The notes under the pieces are model-generated. The model had not been told where the DNA came from. It worked only from the letters and a program-made list of their open reading frames with translations, and did not search any database. The translations under genes were made by a program, and so were the position numbers. From assembly GCF_006345805.1 (NCBI RefSeq), contig NC_043019.1:29635360-29699359 (forward strand): a stretch of 64,000 nucleotides of DNA. The letters run 5' to 3'. The stretch comes from Octopus sinensis. Its lineage: Eukaryota. Shown here piece by piece: positions 1 through 14,348 of this stretch (position 1 is its first letter; each line of letters opens with the position of its first letter).

Positions 1-330
1 AGCAAAGCCTTGTGAGTGGATCTTGTTGACTGAAACTGAAAAAAGCCCATCATATATATATATATATATATATATACATACACACACACAAACACATACA
101 TACATACACACACACATGTATATATCTGTGTGTATCTTTGTGTTTGTCCCCCACCACTGCTTGACAACCAACATTGATTTGTTTACATCCCTGTAACAGG
201 GAGTTTGGCACAAGAGACCCATAAAGTACTAGGCATGACAAAATAAGTACTGGGGTCAATTCGTTCAATTAAAACCTTTCAAAGCAATGCCCCAGGATGG
301 CTGTAGTCCAGTAGCTGAAACAAGTAGGTG
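1..330 (+). mobile_element. SINE family A, partial
   Basis: Homologous to 32759-33140; cut by the window edge. Confidence 0.8.
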
Positions 331-2280
331 TAAAATATAAAAAAAACACAAATCCTTGCTACCAAATCTGCCAATCTGATACCAATAATTCAGTGACATT
401 TGTGTAGTAAATACAGCCACGAAAGGCAAAAATACAAATTATGATAACAAAATGAGAGAGAGAAAAAAAAATTCCCAAAAATCAGTATATAAATATGAGT
501 GGGGATAGTGGGCTATAGCAGAGAGAGAGCAAACAGATCAATAACAGTGAACCAAACAGACATAGTTGTTCACGATACATAAATACATAATAGAGGGTAA
601 TAACACTAATTAAATGTTGCTGTCCCATTAGATTGTCACAGAATAAAGCAAGATGGCAGCAGAAGAGGAATAAAGATTTATAACATGAAATATAATATCA
701 GTTTCCAATGATCATTTTCTCTTTTTTTCTTTCAGAAAGAAGGGACAGTACCAATAATGTTTGCTGAGCTTCATCCACAAGACTAGAGTGACCAATACGG
801 TTTAACCATTTAATATTCAGATTACTCTTTCAAATGTAATGCTTATTTATTCAATCTTTTGAATTTATCATGCATTACCTCTTAGCATCAAGATTTTTAT
901 GATGACATTGTAGGGTAGGTATGAAAGGCAGGCTCAGGCCATTTTGAACATAAAAAAGACGGAATATTTGGGCCAGGTGTGGCCAGTATATATGTTAATG
1001 AGTTAATGTTCTGTTATTTAATCATCTCTAAGTTGGTGTCTGAGAGGTAAGAGTAGCAGATATTTTGGTGAAGAAGGATAGGATAAAGTGGTCGGTGCAG
1101 ATTTTGGACGTTGCGAGACAGATAAATTATGTAATAGTCTTCAAAAAACCCTCTCAAAAAGATGGGTTGGCCATAGATAAAATGCTTCTGATTGTGGATC
1201 TGCTCAATTAGGGTTCATTAAAGGTTAAACAACTACAATAAAATTAACATGTAAAGCTAGATTAAATATATATCAGGCTAAAATGTCTTTTTTTAAATTG
1301 TCTTCAAGAGAAGCGGATATTCTGTAAAAATGATTGCTCCTCTTTTATTCAACTCATTTTATTGTTTAAAATTATGAGGTTTGATTGGCTGCAATCAGTT
1401 ACCAGTTTCTAATGGGCTAATCACTGGGTCACTAGATTGCTGACCCAGAATGATAAAGGAGTGTTTGTATCTTAGTGCAGTTGTCATCTATGCCTGCTGA
1501 AATTATCAAAATATTAGTCATTCATTGACCTAATATTGTTTTTTGGTTTGTTTGGTTTTTTTTTCTCCCAATACATAATTATTTCTAGATAGCTTTTTAA
1601 TGTTCTCTGCATTAAATAAATTAACACAAAATTAGCAGTTAGCCTGCCTTACCACATACCATAAATGTCTTAGTATTATATGCTATGATGCACAATGCAC
1701 ATCTAAAGTTTGAAGACTAAATTATCTTTAAAAGCATATAATATTATGTATAGCATGCAGTGTTGCACAACTGCAGCAAAAATGGATAATCTACTGAAAT
1801 CCAATATATCTGCCTTTAATTTCATTTTACATGAAAAATTTGTATAAAATGGAAAATTGTTGAGAAAATAGTAAAACTTTATTACCTCATGTTTTTCTTA
1901 ATAAAGTGGGCAGGGGAAAATTTTGCAGTCTAATAAATACCAGGTGAACATAAAATTTGATTTTAGTGAAAAAATACCTATTATACATAGATGTCTTAAA
2001 AGTAACTAAATACCTGATTTTATATATATAAATACAGATGAATAGATGGATCGATAGATGAATAGATAGATAGACTGACAGAGAGATGAGTAATATGGAT
2101 TCAGGTAATTGTGCAGCTATCACAGTAAGGTCCTTTTACGGACTCAGCTTTCAGTCCACATTGTAATCACTTACAAAATAGTGTAATGTAAAGTAACCAT
2201 GTAACTGAAAATCCCCAAAATCCAAGTGTTAAAACGATGCTGTAAGAAGTATGTAAAGCATAAAGTCAGGAAGCATGAGG

Positions 2281-2282
<2 letters not shown>

Positions 2283-2340
<58 letters not shown>

Positions 2341-2342
2341 TA
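2283..2342. repeat. (TA)n microsatellite
   Basis: Nearly pure TA run. Similar (TA)n/(TG)n runs at ~12050-12090, 18633-18740, 54120-54250, 54385-54428 and 62700-62890. Confidence 0.95.
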
Positions 2343-3919
2343 TTTAATCACGTGATTTCCATAGGATTATGGTTGTTTTGCAACCTCCTTCATATAGTAT
2401 TAATTTCAATATGCAAGAAAAATTGTGTACAGGTTTGTATTAATATGTATGCCCAGCATTATACAATACAACTGCTAATTCACAAATTTAGGCAAATAAA
2501 AAAAAGCTGGCTCATCAGATCACCAAACCATCATAATTACATCAACATATTATACACACACACATACACAAAGGGTGCCTGTTTACTTTTGAAATGTCTG
2601 TATACATGGAGTTTTACAAATTTCTCGATAACTTTTTAATGTTCTCTGCATTAACTTAATTATACAACTACATCTTATAAAAAGTTTTCCCTGTTTTCGC
2701 CATTTACCACATCATAATTATTTTATATCTTATAAAAAGTTTCCCCCATATAGTTATATTACAAATACACCATAATTGTATGTGATTCATATAACAAATT
2801 TAACCAATATTTAAAAGCCAAGCCAATATTATAAATTAATGTTATCCAGTATTAAGTTCAAACATTTTATTGATGTACTATTTTGACTACCATCATTAGT
2901 GATAAACAGTTTGTTAACTCATAAAGCTTGGATATCAAATCCTGCTACTTTTAATATCTTCATTAAGAATAACTAAATGTGGTAATAGTTAGTTGAAATG
3001 CTTTAAACTTCAGGTCAATTTAATAACTGTATTGATTTACAAGTATCATTAAAGATTGGTTCTAACATATTCAGCCTTTCATTAATTAATATAGCCTCAA
3101 TTTTATATCTTAAGCTCCTTCCTTCCTTCCTGATGCCAACCACTCATGCATGAGGTGAGAATATAATAACTTTCAAGCACTAGATCTCATATTCTATTAT
3201 CACTACTGTCTTTCAGATAACTATCCTGGTCTTTAAGCTATCTAGCAATGAAATCACTTCAGGGGATCTTTCTAACAATGTCTGCACATTTTTTTTTACT
3301 TTTTAATTAATGTGATTATTTCACATATTTCCTTCATGGAGACACACTAAACTCCATTGGTGAATAGATTTTCATAAACATTTAACAGACTCAGACTATT
3401 GAAAATGGAATGTACATTCATAGATATACAAGGATGAACAAAATCATTAGAGTGTCAGAGAAATGCTCTCTGCGGCATTTAGTTATGACTTCTTTACATT
3501 CTGAGTTCAAATTCCACCAAGGTCAACTTTGCTGTTCATCCTTCCAGCAATGAGAGAATAAAGTACTAAGTACTTCAGTCAATTTAATCAACTACATTCA
3601 TCCATCAAATTTGAGTTATTAGTAAATAATTAATTTTAAAACTTATTTTAATTATTAATCTGTTTCTTAATCATGATACAAGAAACTTCCACATTTATAA
3701 TAGGTGGTACTTAGGCATAACTGGTACTGTAGTATTTAGATATTCAAAATGTGATCATGTAGAGGTATTGGAAGAGCATACTGCCAATGATAAGGTCACA
3801 GGCAATGACAAAAGGATTTTGACTATTTATTTATTAACTAATTATCTAATTAACTGATAACAAAATGACTATCCCGAAAACACAACAACTTAAAAATATT
3901 CTAATATAATTACAACATA

Positions 3920-4054
3920 GGTGCAGGAGTGGTGATGTAGCAAAAAAGTTTGCTTTCCAACCACATGGTTCCGGGTTCAGTCCTGCTACATGGCACCTTG
4001 GGCCGACTAAATCCTTGAGTGGATTTGTTAGAGGGAAACTGAAAGAAGCCCATC

Positions 4055-4088
<34 letters not shown>

Positions 4089-4290
4089 CTGCCTGTCCCC
4101 ACTATCGCTTGACAACCGATGTTGGTTTGTTTACAACCCTGTAACTTAGCAGTTTGGCAAAATAGACTGAGAGAACAAGTACCTGGCTTTAAAAATAAAA
4201 GAACTGGGATCGATTCATTCAACTAAATTTCTTCAATGTGGTGCCCCTACATGGCCACAGTCTAATGGGTGAAATAAGTAAAAGAATAAA
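3920..4290 (+). mobile_element. SINE family A
   Basis: Homologous to 32759-33140, with an internal (TG)n tract. Confidence 0.8.
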
Positions 4291-4989
4291 AGAATAAGGT
4301 CAATAGATTGGCAGAATCAGTAGAGTGATAATCAAAATGTCAAACAGTTCCAAATTCAAATCCAACCAGTGTCGATCAGGTTCACCTTTCTTTCTAATGG
4401 TGGAAGGGTGGGGTGGAGTCAAGATGGTAGTTGATGTAATTGATTATATCTTCCCTTCAAATCTGTGAAGCCTTGTACCAATATTAGAAATCAATATCAA
4501 CTCTATATGAAGCAGATGATTATTTAATAAAATAATTTCAACATTATGCACTTAATGACATGCCTTTTTTTTTTTTTTGTAAGATACAAAGCTATATTTC
4601 TAATATTATGAACCAATTATTTTAGAAGATTCACTACATTCTTAGTAATTGCCTGTAAGAAAGACCAATGAGAAATTTCTAAATCTCAGTTAACCAAATT
4701 ATCACCTTTTCTAATGGAATTAAATTCGGTAAGCATAAAATTCATAAGCCCAGATTGCTGATATGTCATCTCATAACAATATATAATCCTACATGTCTTT
4801 CTTCCTCTCTCAAACTATTTCAAGGTGCTAATGTGGTTCACACAACCAAATTTTCACATTGAAATGAATTTCTGCTAATATGCATAACATTTTCTGAAGT
4901 TTAATGTTTAATAAGCAACACCTCTTTTAATTAATAGCTTAACACATTTGAAATTTCAAAAGATTAAATTTATGAGAAATCCTTACAAG

Positions 4990-5146
4990 TGCAGGCATGA
5001 CTGTGTGGTAAGAAGATTGCTTCCCAACCACATGGTCTCTGGTTCAGTCCCACTGCATGACACCTTGGGCAAGTGTCTTCTACTACAGCCTTGGGAACAC
5101 CAAAGCCTTGTGAGTTAATTTGGCACACAAACTACAAGAAGCTCAT

Positions 5147-5177
<31 letters not shown>

Positions 5178-5368
5178 CCACTACCACCATGTGACAACTA
5201 GTGTTGGTGAGTTCACATCCCATAACTTAGTGGTTCAGCAAAAGAGAATGATAGAATACATACCAGGCTTAAGAAAAATTAGTACTGGGGTCAATTTGTT
5301 TGACTAAAATTTTCAAGGCAGTGCCTCAGCATGGCCACAGTCTAATGACTAAAACAAGTAAAAGATAA
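4990..5368 (+). mobile_element. SINE family A
   Basis: Homologous to 32759-33140; CpGs decayed to TG/CA. Confidence 0.8.
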
Positions 5369-7121
5369 TTGCTATAAGAACAAACTGAGTACTTTTTCAG
5401 AGAATGAGTTTCCAGACATTCTTTACTTATTGCATTCAGTTCAGTAAAAAGAAAACCTACAAAATCATTTAACCTATTAGAAATAACACCCAAGTATCAC
5501 TCAACTACAAGGTGCCAGCTTAAAAAAAACAAAAACAGAAAGGACAAATTATGTAGTCTGAAATAAATTACAAAAAGTTGAGATGGTCATGGTTGGACTG
5601 CTCAAGATTTGTGTCATGATCAGATATGACCCAGAGCTAAACAACAACAAAAGCTTAACACATTTCAAATGTTAAACCCTTTAACATTCAGATTACTCTG
5701 TCAAATGTTATGCTCATTCACATAGTTTTCACTTAATCATTCATTATAGTGTTGCTCTGAGATATTTTGGTGATGTAATTGGATATTTTTAGACTGAAAT
5801 TGTAGAGTAGGCACGAGAGGCTGGATCTGACCAGTTGGAATGTAAAACAGGTAACATATTTGGGCCAGACATAGCTAAAGAGTTAAAAGAGTAAATTTCT
5901 GAGAAACCCTTCCTTCAACTTTTAAAAGCAAACCAGTTACTACAAAGAAAGAATATATATTAATCTATTTTACTATTACTCTTAGTTTAGAGCTGGGGTA
6001 GGAAATACCTCACTCGCCCCCCCAAATTTGACAGTCTCTAAAAATCATCAAGAAAAGAACAATAACTCTTTAAGTATTTAAAGTGGTTTTATCAGGTCAA
6101 AATATTTTACCTGTTTTATGTTCAAACTTGCCAGATCTGGCCTTTCACATTAACACTACAATGTCATTCAAAAAAACAATCATATTGAAATCTCAAAGCT
6201 ATAACAAAATACATGATTAATTCAAAACAATGAATGAATATGCATTACATCTGACAGAATCATCTGAATATTAAAGGATTAAAGAGTAAATTTATGAAAA
6301 ATTGCTTTTAAATGCAAACTGGTTATTACTATTAAAGAATATATATTAATCTATTTCTCTAAGGAAACACCTCACCTGCCCTCAAATTTGACATAATCTC
6401 TAAAAACCTTCTGGAAAATAGCAGTTTCAACCTTAAGACTAAAACATTAATTTAATATAGTGCCTATATGTACATAAAATTAAAAGCTACCATATTTTTC
6501 CAGCTTATATGTCCAATTTTTGCAGACCAAAATGTACAGCCAAAAATTCCATGTGAAATGCTGCAGGATGTAGAAAGATAGTGATGATGCTTGAATGTTT
6601 GCAATATGCTTACGCTAAATACGGTACACTATTTTTCTTAGCACAGATATGTTCCCAAAGGTTTATATGCACTTGCAATTCACCCATGGTACTAAAAAGG
6701 TTTCCAAACCATGTTTTAGAAATAACATCTGGTTGCTCAACCCATTAGAGACAGTAGCCAAATCAACTGGATCTCCCTCTGATTGGGTAACCATGTATCT
6801 CCTCTACAGCAAGACACCTGTTTCTATCCCTGTCACACACAATCCTCTCATCACTTGGTACAAGCCACCTCTTCCAATGCCTGGCCCTTTTCAAAAGATC
6901 TTAGTCTTGCAAGTTACTTGGTACCCTGCCAGTGCTAGTGCCACATAAAAACCACTCAGTCCACATTGTGGAGTGGTTAATGTTAGAAAAGGCATCCAGC
7001 ATAAAAACCATGCCAAAACAGACAGTGAATCTTCATGCAGTATTCTGCCTAACCAGCTTGTCAAATCATCCAACCCACAACAGCATGGAAAATGAATGTT
7101 AAATGATGATACAGTCTAGAC

Positions 7122-7369
7122 CAGTGGTTCCCAAACTTTTCTGGGCTGTTGCCCCTTGACACCCAGGTCACATTCCTTGTGCCCACCACCACCACAATCA
7201 TAGACCACTTTCTGAATCAAATTCAAAACAAATGTATTTCACAAATAAAACTTAACCTAATTAACCTATTATTTTGTTGTTTATACGTCCATCACCTCGT
7301 TATCACTCCCACTTTCTTCAATGCCCTCGACCCCACCTTATCTTTCAACCACCACCTCAAGAACCACTG
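7122..7369. mobile_element. hAT (Buster/Charlie-type) MITE
   Basis: TIRs CAGTGGTTC...GAACCACTG flanked by an exact 8-bp TSD GTCTAGAC (7114-7121 and 7370-7377). Confidence 0.88.
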
Positions 7370-9689
7370 GTCTAGACTATCCAGAAAATATGGTATAGGC
7401 ACAGCTGAAATGCTTTTGATTGCAGGTCAATTTGATTAGAGTTACTCAGGAGTTAAATACCAATAAATTAAAACTTCTTATTTGAATCCAATCTGGTGTA
7501 GATTGCCAAAGATCAAAGATCACTGAAACAGTGTAAGAAAGATGATGTGTGGATGGGGTGAGAGGGTTGTCTAAGACTACATTATCTAACGTGTCCATCA
7601 TCAATTTTAATGCCTAGTTTTTCATACCTGCAGGAGTTTGATGAAATTTCTTGAGGCAGATTTTCTCCAGATAGATGCCTTTCCTGCTGCCAACCCTCAC
7701 CTGCTTCCAAGTGCAAATATATATCTCCATGATCAGATATGTTTTTAAGGAAGACAAGAAACAAAAGATGTCATTTGCATGATGGTGACACTCCTTAACA
7801 ACTATCACATGATGTCGAAACGAGGAGAAAGTAACACACACACACACACACACACATGACAGGAAGGTTAAATCCACCAACTCCACTCTTTGGTTGGCCC
7901 AGTGACTCAGTTTCCACAGAGTAGGAAGCAAACTTTTTAATCACACAGCCATGCCTATGATCAGAAACATTCCAGCATTGACCATCCCATCTTTTCAAGT
8001 GTATCTAAGTTTAAATTATCTAATGAGCCCTTCCTAAGTTTTGAAGATGTTTAGGTTGGGTTTGAGGGGAATTTTGCAGCTGTTTTTAAGTCAAGCAACC
8101 ATAGAGGCTTTTCTTCTTGAGTGAATATGATGATGATGACAACGATGATGGTGAGTGGACAAGATGCCATGTCAGTTGGTATTGTTATATAGGCCCAGAT
8201 CAATCCTGGTTGAACAGACCTGTGATCAAAGGGATTCCAGCTTTGACCATCCATTTAATCCTTTAGCATTTAAATCAGCCATATCTAGCCCAAATATTCT
8301 ACCTGTTTTATGTTCAAACTGGCCAGAAATATCTTCTCACACCTACCCTACAATGTCATTCTAAAAATAAACAATTACTTTCATCAAAATCTTGAAGTTA
8401 TGAGATAACGCATGATTAATTCAAAAAGTGCATAAAAAAAGCTTAATATTTGACAAAGTAATCTGAATGCTAAAGGGTAGATGTGTATGGAATATTCAAT
8501 CATTTGTGACCTGGATCAGAAGTGTTCCAGTTCATTTAGTCAATGGAACAGCCTGCTCATGATATTAACAAGCAGGTAGCTGAGCACTCCACAAACAAGT
8601 ATACCCTTAACATAGTTCTCAGGAGGATTCAGCATGACACAGAATGCGACAAGGCTGACTCACTGATTTACATGTACAACTCATTTTTGCCAGCTCTCAG
8701 CCATGTATACATTAATCTAATGAACAACTGAATGCAATTGCTGAGACTGACAGAGGATCCATCATTTTCATCAGGAGTAAATATGAGTATGGATCTGTTT
8801 GTGAATGTGTGAGTGAGTAAGCATGTATGTGAACATGTGTGTTCACGTACATGCTTATTCCCATATGTGTGTTGGTGTGTTTATGATTTTACTGTCCCAT
8901 ATCAACCCAAAACAATGTGAATAACTAAGCATTACATTTGACAGAGTAATCTGAATGCTAAAGGGTTGAAGTTATCTAGGATTGAATCATACAACATCTC
9001 TTTCAGTTTGTTTCTTTTAAGAAAATAAGGTGTAGTTTGAGGGAAATTTGGCAGCTATTTCTAATAGGTCAAGCCACCATGTAGAGTTGACTTGTAAGTT
9101 TGAAGTGGTGCTAAGAGAGGGAGTGAGAGACTGAATGCGAAAGTGTTATTTTCGGCAGCCAATACTGCAAAAGTGTTTAAATGTTCAATAACCTCAACAT
9201 GTAAATATGTTTTTGATTTTGGTGAAAGAAATTGGAAATCAATTACTTCAGATTGGTAGGACTAAAATTCAGAGACAAACATTTATTTCCTAACATTTAT
9301 ATAACTGTCATTATATCTTTAGCATATCGAGAGAGAGAAAAGGAAAATTTGATTTACCAAATAGAGAAAATTTAATATTAAAAAATTCATATATATATAT
9401 ATACATATACACACATACATATTCCTCAGATAAATATAACCAATTAAAAAGTACAAAAACAAAAACCATTTACTCAATGAATGTATGTTTATATAATGTA
9501 AGACACTGGTTGACTTATTTATATAAATGTTTTCAACATTTCTCAAGTATTCGATAAATGTGCTTTAAGCAAACAGCTTGGCCACCAAAAATATCAAACT
9601 AATTGGTTTCAATATATAATTTATATATTTGTAATTTAAAGAACAAGATTTCTAACAACATAATTGGAGGAAGGGGTCTTTTTTTTTTT

Positions 9690-10030
9690 TTTTTACTAGC
9701 TTCTGTCATTATACTGTGGCCATGCTGGAGCACCATCTTGAAGGGTTTAGTTAAACAATTCAAACCCCTTTTGTTTTGTGTAGTACTTATTCTGTTAGTT
9801 TCTTTCACCAAAGTTATGGAGATGTAAACAAACCAACATTGATTGTTAAGCAGTAACGGGGGACAAATAGAACACAGACATATATACACATACACACAAC
9901 AAGCTGTTCAATTTCCATCTACCAAATCCAATCATAGGGTTTTGGTCCACCTGGAGCTATAGCAGAAGACACTTACCCAAGGAGCCATGCAGTGGGACTG
10001 AACTCAAACCCACATGTTTGGAAAGCAAGC
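9690..10030 (-). mobile_element. SINE family A
   Basis: Reverse-complement homology to 32759-33140. Confidence 0.8.
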
Positions 10031-10336
10031 TTCTCAACCACACAACCACAGAATGTTGGGATAAAAAAAATAAGTCGTGGCTGTGAGGTTAAAAATTTTG
10101 CTTCACAACCACAGTTCTGGGTTCAATTCAATAACACCACACTTAGGGCAAATGTGCTTGACTATAGGCTCAGTCTGACCAATGCCTTGTGAGTAGAATG
10201 TGGTAACTGGAAACTGTGTGGAATCACAATCATTGTGATCATCATTTTATGTGTTTTCTATGCTGCCATGGGTTATACAGCTTGTCACAGCATGAGTCAG
10301 TTTTTGCTGGTACATTTTATTTGATATAGTTTAGAA

Positions 10337-10616
10337 AAGTAGTTCCCAAAGTGGGTGGTACTGTCCCCTTGGGGAAGAGAGTGAAGGATTAGGAGGAAGA
10401 AAAGTGGGGTGATAATGGGGTGGCCAAAAAGGGTCAAGGGATGTAAAAAAACCCAACATAATGGGTTAAGTAGGTTAAGTTTTAATTGTGAAATACAGTT
10501 ACTTTGAATTTTCTGCAGAAAGTGGTCTGTGTTTGTGGTGTTGAGCTGGTGGGAGGGCTACGAATGTGGCCTGGGTGTCAAGGGGGCGGTGGTGTGAAAA
10601 AGTTTGGGAACCACTG
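10337..10616. mobile_element. hAT (Buster/Charlie-type) MITE
   Basis: Right TIR TTTGGGAACCACTG and degenerate left TIR AAGTAGTTCCCAAA, with an exact 8-bp TSD GTTTAGAA (10329-10336 and 10617-10624). Confidence 0.78.
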
Positions 10617-12056
10617 GTTTAGAATAATACTAGTGAAACATAATCCCTGGACACGTGTACCACAGTCTTTATGCTTATCAGTGCAAACTTGTGTGCAGTG
10701 TTGTGTTCCTTCATGTAAAAATATAACTTAGCAATTTGATAGAGATCATAAAATGATTACTACACTGAAATAAGTACTAAGGTTAATATGGTTCATCAAA
10801 ACTCTTGAAGATAATACCTCAGCATAAGCTTTCGTCCAATAATTGAAACTAGTAAAAGAATAAAAGAAAAAAGCATAAAACAAAAACTTTAAAAGGATAC
10901 ATTTTTCAACAATGAAGAAAAGTTTTGCAGCTGAACCTATGCAAGTTTTCTACCAAGCATTGGTCTTCTCAAGAATTGCATGTATTCATTTGGAGAATTT
11001 CTCTTTCTATTCTTACAAGAACTTCATATACCAAGTGAATGAATTTTCCACACACAAACTTTAACACACCATACTCTTCACTTGTTTTAATTATTCACAA
11101 AGTTGTAATGTTATATATCAATCCATTACCATTCACTTCGATTTACATTGAATAAAGATTTTTAGGAATAATTGTCTCTAACCCACAAGATCTAGTTTAA
11201 CCTTTTAGTATTCATATTTCTCTGTCAAGTGTAATGCTTATTTATTCATATTGTTTTGAATTATCATGTAGTATCTCATAGCTTCAAGATTTCAATGATG
11301 TGATTGCTTATTTATAGACTGACATTATAAGGTAGGTGTGACAGGCTGGAACTAGCTAGTTTGAACATAAAACACATAGAATAACTAAACAATTTACAGC
11401 TATACTGGCCAGATATGTCCAGTTTAATTGTAAAAAGGTTTAAATGTATAAAGGTTCAGTCCAGCCAGCAAAGCCAAACAAATTTTACACCCTTGATATA
11501 GAAGCTCCCTCATTGGCTCTATCTATAAATTTAGTATTTATCGAAGTTTTTCTGAGCATATATTAGATTGAGATCTTAGTTCCAATTTAGGTCCGTGCCA
11601 AAGATCACTATTTTACAAAAAGTGAAATTAGTAAGCTGTGAGGTAAAAAACAGTGCTTACACAACTCTGCTCTAAAAAAGGGACTTAACTGAGCTGAAAT
11701 GTCAGACCTTACTTCTCTCATGGCAAGCTAATATATTCATTCTTCTTTGTGGGCCCTGCATGATACATCAGACCTTTCATCTTCTTTGTGGAAAACCAGC
11801 TAATTCTCAGTTTGTAAGTTGTTTGTATTCACTATATATAGACACAGACCATCACTAATTTCCGCAGATTCTACCAATTCTCTTTGATACATCCTTTAGA
11901 ATGAAACTTTACTTATCTCTAAAACATTGATTTTTAGGAAGTAAGAAAGTCCACTTACATTGAGTTAGATTATAATCAACTGGAAATCTAAGTTAAAAGA
12001 TGTTGTGAAGCAATAAATTTATTTTACACACACATGCTTATACACACTATATATAT

Positions 12057-12088
<32 letters not shown>

Positions 12089-14135
12089 ATATTAAGCACC
12101 AAAGTTATCTAAAGACAAAATACTATTTTATCTTCTGAAATAAGTCTATAACAAAAATGCAATTTAGATTATTTACTTGGTTTGTTCAAAGTGCACACTC
12201 ATATTTATAAATTAATTGACAGCTTAGAGAGAAACATACTTTTTAATAGTCTCACAACACACCAAGATCAAACAATGGAGTATCAGATTCAATTGCAAGA
12301 GACAGAGAGAGGAAAGAGTGTGTGTGCGTGCAATAGATAAATTGCAATTCCTTAAAGGAATTCTAACTACTAATAAATAAAAGTTACATCATACAACAAG
12401 ATCAAAACACTTCTTCCAAACATCAAGCAAGCAAATTCTGTTATGAATACTAGTTCGAAAAAGGAAGAAAAAAAGAAAACCAAAAAAAGATTTGTTTAAA
12501 GATGAACAACTCAAAATGAAGTTATTAGCTAATAATAGAAAACTAGTAAAGTTACTAGCTAGTAATAGGAAACTGCACATAATTTACACATACCTAAATA
12601 ACGATGTTTGAAATGAGCCAATAAGGAAATGTCTACAAGAGAGTTTAAATTACTAGAAATAGAAGTTAAATCTCCCTAAAATCACCTCTACAGTCTGGAA
12701 AAAGACAAAAAAAGAGCACATTAATAATGTAGTCCTAGATAAACTATTCCTGGTAAGCAAGACAAGACTTCTACATGGTTCCCTCACCTGCTAGAAATAG
12801 TAATCAGATCTTCCTCAAACCACACCATGCAGTCTTAAAAAAGAAAAAGATACACTGTGTTATCTTAGATGCTGCTAAATATGGAATGGTTCTGGTTAGA
12901 ATGCCAATGACTATAGGTTTGCTCAATCAGGGAAGACCTACAGGTAAATAACATGAGGTAAGCACAGTTGGAACATTTTTTTTTTTACCATAAGTCTTCT
13001 CCCACAGAGTTGGCCTGTGGCTAAACAGAAACATTAACAATTTTCCAAAAGTACATATTCTGACAGGCAATACTTAACATTTGAGACTCAGGGAAATAAT
13101 CATCAACATATAACATCTGTTTTCCATTCTGGCATTATCCATGAACTGTTTGACAGGGTCTGGCAAGCTGCAAGGCTACATTGCTCCAGTGTCAAGTGGA
13201 ACTATCTCTGCTTATTGTCTGCAGTAAATTCTTGTAATGTAACATGTTATCAAATACTTCAGAAGTAAAGGATTTTTGTTTTTGTAAACCATTCTGATTT
13301 ATCCCACAATTCCAGTTTGAACAGCAATTCATAGACTGTGAACCACTGGTGTATAAGCTCAAAAACTGGCTCATTGGATTTGTTGTGGTTTAGTCCTAAG
13401 TGAGCACTTCTTTAAACTAATCATCCTATTTCTTAAAAGAAATTTCAACAATGAGTATTCAGGTGTGTCACCGACAAAGTCAAACTCATTAAATTAATAT
13501 GTAAGAGGCATTTCCAAATCAAATCCTTATGACACAATGTGACAAGGCCGGACTTATGAATTGCACGTACAATTCCATTTGATGGGCTTCCTCAGAGTTT
13601 CCATTTTCCCAGTTTCACTCATAAGCTTGAGGCTATGGTAAAGACATTCCCCAAAATTCCACCCAGTAGGATCAAACTGGAACTTCATGACTGAGTAGCA
13701 TATTTCCTATCCAATTCAGCCACGCCTATTTTTTATTATATTAGTAACTACACAATCCAATGTATACTTATTTGAGGTGTGATTTGAAAGAGCTTTAGCT
13801 GCTATGTCTAGCAGATTGAGTGCCTGAAAAAAGCATCACCTTCATTGGCATGATGATTTACTATTAGTTTTTCCTCATCTCACAAATTGCATTCCACCCA
13901 CTCCCCCAGTCTCCCACCCTCTCTTCACATTCTTATGACCTTGCCTGCCCACTCGCCCTGTCTAATCCTTTGTACCACTTATATTCACCTCCCTGTAACT
14001 TCACCACCATCTTCTCTCTCTATATATATAACTTGGGTAGCCATGTATCTCCTCTACAGCAAAACAACCTGTATCTGTATCTCTATCAAACTTTAACTTC
14101 TCATCACCTGACACAAAGCCACCTCCCTTAATACT

Positions 14136-14348
14136 ATTTCTTTACTACCCACAAAGGGCTAAACACAGAGGGTACAAACGGATTAAGTCGATTATATCGA
14201 CCCCAGTGCGTAACTGGTACTTATTTAATCAACCCCGAAAGGATGAAAGGAAAAGTTGACCTCGGCGGAATTTGAACTCAGAACGTAACCGCAGGCGAAA
14301 TATTCGAAGTATTTCGCCCAGCGTGCTAACGATTCTACCAGCTCGCCG
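14136..14348 (-). mobile_element. SINE family B, young, inserted into an RTE-tail element
   Basis: Reverse of GGCGGCGAGCTGGTAGAATCGTTAGCACGCTGGGCG...GTTCTGAGTTCAAATTCCGCCGAGGTCAACTTTTCCTTTCATCCTTTCGGGG, with TSD CCTTAATACT (14126-14135 and 14349-14358). Confidence 0.85.

Noticed and set aside
736-790. Strong plus-strand acceptor followed by KEGTVPIMFAELHPQD-stop
   Set aside because: No homology or supporting gene structure; likely chance.
13190-13375. Open stretch on the minus strand (EPVFELIHQWF...)
   Set aside because: Contains a hAT-MITE-like end (GAACCACTG) and has no splice sites or recognisable domain.
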